A DNA stretch of 34,860 bases from Candidatus Altimarinota bacterium (lineage in GTDB: Bacteria > Patescibacteriota > Gracilibacteria > BD1-5 > UBA2023), in assembly GCA_031410215.1 (NCBI GenBank), contig JANNYQ010000057.1:1-34860 (forward strand), written 5' to 3'. The notes beneath the pieces are model-generated. The model was given only the letters and a program-made list of their open reading frames with translations, ran no database searches and was not told the DNA's origin. Position numbers and translations under genes: made by a program. Shown here piece after piece: positions 31,408 to 34,860 of this stretch (positions are counted from its first letter, which is position 1; each line of letters opens with the position of its first letter).

Positions 31408-34215
31408 ATGTCAGATTTCCCAAAACAATACGATCCAAAGATCCATGAACCAAAGAGTCAGACACTCTGGGAAGAGAAAAAGATATATCAACCAAAGGTG
31501 GACTCTACGAATACCACACAGGAAAAATTTTACATACCTATTCCACCACCGAATGTAACAGGCAATCTCCACCTCGGACACGCTCTGACACTCTCGATCG
31601 AGGATATCATGACACGCTATCATAGACTCCGGGGGGATGCGACACTCTGGGTACCAGGGACAGATCACGCAGGGAAAGCAACTCAGGCTCAGGTGGAGAA
31701 GCGACTCGAACGCAATGGAACAAGCCGCAAAAATATAGGACGAGAAGCATTTCTCGGGGAGTGCTGGAAATGGATCGATGAGTACGGAGGAAATATACAG
31801 AATCAGGTCAAGATGATGGGGGCGTCAGTGAACTGGGATATGGAGCGATTTACTTTTGATGAGTCCAATAATCAACTCGTAGAGAAGATATTCGTCGATC
31901 TCTATGAGAAGTGACTTATATACCGTGGGGAGTACATGGTGAACTATTCTCCAGTACTCGAGTCTGTGATATCAGATATCGAGGTCGAGCATCAGGAGGT
32001 CGCCGAGCACATGTACTATATCAACTACTTTGTCTCTGGATCTGACAAGGAGCTCCTCGTGGCGACTACTCGTCCTGAGACCCTCCTCGGAGATATGGCA
32101 CTCGCAGTCCATCCGAAGGATAAAAGGTACAAGAAACTCATCGGCAAATCAGTCATCCTCCCGATCGTCAATCGTGAAATCCCGATAATTGGCGATGACA
32201 GTATCGATATGGAATTCGGTACTGGAGTTGTCAAGGTGACCCCAGCTCATGATCCATCAGATTTTGAGATGGCTCGTCGTCATGGGCTCCGCACTGACTA
32301 TCGTGTCATCGAGAAGACAGGGCTCATGAGTGCTGAGGCTGGAGTTTTTGCTGGGCTCTCGGCAGTAGGTGAGGCGAGAGACAATATTGTCGAACTCCTG
32401 AAAAGCAAATGAAACCTCGTCAAGATAGAGCCATATACGCATACCGTTGGATTCTGTTCTCGTGGCAAGTGTCGAGTAGAGTCAGTAGTATCGACTCAGT
32501 GGTTCGTTAGGGCTAGTACAATGGCCGAGAAAGTGACGACAGGATACAAAAAATGAGAGTTCAAAATCGTGCCAGAACGATTCAATAAAACATTCGAAGA
32601 CTGGATCTACAATCTGCGTGATTGGTGTATCTCTCGTCAGCTCTGGTGGGGGCATCAGATCCCAGCATATTATGATATCAATACTGGAGAGCTCCTCGGA
32701 GTGACTCGGGATCCAACGAATCTGATCCAGGAACAATGTAAGAAATACAATATAGAGTACAATGAGCAGTGGAAAAATACTCAAAATGGAAGTAATTCGA
32801 GTGAAGATCGAGAACCACAGCGAACCGTACCTCATAATACGGCGAGCGAGGAATCGGAGATCTGAACTTGAAGAACGACATTTTCAGAATTTTTTATGAA
32901 GCGTGATGAGGATGTATTGGATACCTGGTTTTCGAGTGCACTCTGGCCATTTGCGGTGCTTGATTGGGATTTTGAGAATCCAAGTGAGTTCTTCGCAAAA
33001 TACTATCCAGCCAATGTCCTCGAGACAGGCTATGATATACTATTTTTCTGGGTGATCCGCATGCTCCTGATGGGATACGAATACACTGGAGAGACGCCAT
33101 TCAAGACAATATATCTCCATGGACTCATCCTCGATGAGACTGGTCGCAAGATGTCGAAGAGCTGGGGCAATGTCATCGATCCACTCACGGTGATCGAGGC
33201 CCACTCGACGGATGCACTCCGTCTCGCTGTCACCCTCGGCAATACTCCTGGGAACAATATGAACTTCTCCATGAGGTCCGTCGAGGAGAACTCACTATTT
33301 CTCAACAAGTTCTGGAATATTATCAGATTTGCCTGGATGAATGTCGGATACATCACGGAGTCACGAGCAGATATCATAGAGAGGATCACTGCAAACAAAA
33401 ATGATCTCCTCCCTTATGAAGTATGGATCCTCTCTCGTCTCACAGCTATAACAGAGCGTGTGACAGAAGGCATGGAAAACTACGGATTTGCGGCTGTTGG
33501 CTCTGAGCTGATCACGTTCGTCCGAGATGAGTTCGCAGATATAGCCATCGAGGCATACAAGGTAGAGAAAGATAATACCAAATACGGCAAAGAGGTCATC
33601 TCACTCTGTGTCCTCGATATCATCACACTCATGCATCCATACATCCCGCATATCACCGAGACGCTCTATGGATATATCACAGAGGGTCATATTCTCGCCA
33701 CTGCATCCTGGCCGACTCCTGCTATATCGAGAAATATAGATAGTGAGAAAAATCTCGAACAAATCTGGGAAGTAGTACGTACCATCCGCAATATCCGAGC
33801 TGAGTCAGGGATCAAACCAGGAGAATATCACGATACGATCATCCAGGCAAAATCTGATATGATAGCCAATCTCGAGGCAAATCTCAATCTCATCTCAGGT
33901 CTCGGACGTGTCAATATCACTCTCAATCCAGCGGGTCGAGATCCTCAGGGATACGCCTATGGTATCTGTGGCTCTGTCGAGATCTATATCCACAATGAGA
34001 TCGATGTAGCTGGGATAGAGCTCGAGAAAACAAGAATCATGGGACTCATCGAGGAGAAGCGGGAATATATCAGAGCTCTCGAGGTCAAGTTATCCAATAC
34101 GGCATTTACCAGTCGAGCTCCTGAGAAGATCATCAGAGTCGAGATGGACAAAAAGAATCTCGCACGAGAGCAACTGGAAAAACTGGAGGAGAAATATGGG
34201 AAGATAGGGGGATAA
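31408..34215 (+). CDS. valS: Valine--tRNA ligase (935 aa)
   Basis: [58 protein letters not shown] and a C-terminal coiled coil. Confidence 0.97.
32772..32895. repeat. Nested imperfect palindromic element, in-frame inside valS (RPE/MITE-like)
   Basis: Three nested arm pairs: 32772-88 with 32879-95 (14/17), 32796-809 with 32859-72 (11/14) and CCGTA/TACGG (5/5). Confidence 0.7.
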
Positions 34216-34288
34216 AGCTATGTAAAATGAAATTGAAAGAAATTACTTCTCTTTTCGTATAAGGTGAGTAGAATATCATAAAATATCT

Positions 34289-34860
34289 ATGCCTATAGAA
34301 CTCTTGGATTCAGAGATCATTTCACTCACCCTTGCAGATAGCGATCAATTCGCTCTTATTATCGATCGATACGAACAAAAAATATTTCGCTATGTTATGC
34401 GACTTGGGGATTTTTCTATCCAAGAATGAGAGGATATACTCCAAGACATCTTTATCAAAATATATACTCATCTTAACGAATATGATGAGCGTTTCGCTTT
34501 TTCATCATGGATATATCGTATAGCACATAATACAACCATCGATACATATCGAAAAAATAACAAAAAATGAGTCATAAGTCTCGATGATGAACTATATGAG
34601 TGACTCAAGGAAACTCTCTCTAGTGATGAAGATATCGCCAGCAATCTCAAGGAAAAAGATATGCGACTGCTCGTACAAGACTCTTTTGGATCACTCACAC
34701 CTGAGCAAAAAGAGGTCATCATCCTCAAATATATCGAATGACGCGACTATGAAGAGATCAGTGATATACTCAAAATCCCTATAGGCACTGTCGGCACTCT
34801 TATCTACAGAGCCAAAAAACAACTCCAATGAAGCCTCACCCCTATCCATAATCATCTCTA
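34289..34860 (+). CDS. ECF-type sigma-70 factor (190 aa; probable stop codon cut by the window edge)
   Basis: IIDRYEQKIFRY, EDILQDIFIKIY, FSSWIYRIAHNTTID and YEEISDILKIPIGTVGTLIYRAKKQL. Only visible with TGA=Gly. Confidence 0.92.

Noticed and set aside
31660-31690. Val[10 protein letters not shown] in place of the usual DHAGIATQ, and MetRS HIGN in place of HIGH
   Set aside because: Single-residue variants whose significance cannot be judged without alignments. HIGN occurs in other MetRS enzymes.
1-34860. Massive pseudogenisation suggested by the fragmented ORF track
   Set aside because: Breaks are in-frame TGAs, often at conserved Gly positions, and no frameshifts were needed. The genes are intact under code 25.

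Overview
Bacterial chromosomal DNA that uses genetic code 25 (TGA = Gly). This points to Candidatus Gracilibacteria or Absconditabacteria (CPR/Patescibacteria). The supplied standard-code ORF track breaks almost every gene at TGA; reading through TGA restores intact genes that end in TAA/TAG. Recognisable housekeeping content: radA, a RecX-like gene, a NUDIX hydrolase, metG, tRNA-Asn(GTT), a DUF4256-type gene, two ABC-F ATPases around a GT4/DedA/GT2 module, lgt, a LemA-like gene, a priming polyprenyl glycosylphosphotransferase, valS and an ECF sigma factor. The main accessory feature is a 10.6 kb minus-strand locus (17911-28493) of three predicted secreted proteins. Two of them are giant mosaic fibres (1653 and 1382 aa) built from phage tail-fibre-type parts and sharing an unnamed Cys-containing N-terminal domain. 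Other notable features: a ~124 bp nested palindrome translated in-frame inside valS, an adjacent gene pair sharing a near-identical cassette and reordered 42 bp coiled-coil modules, and several probably leaderless genes. Family assignments come from motif recognition only; no searches were run.
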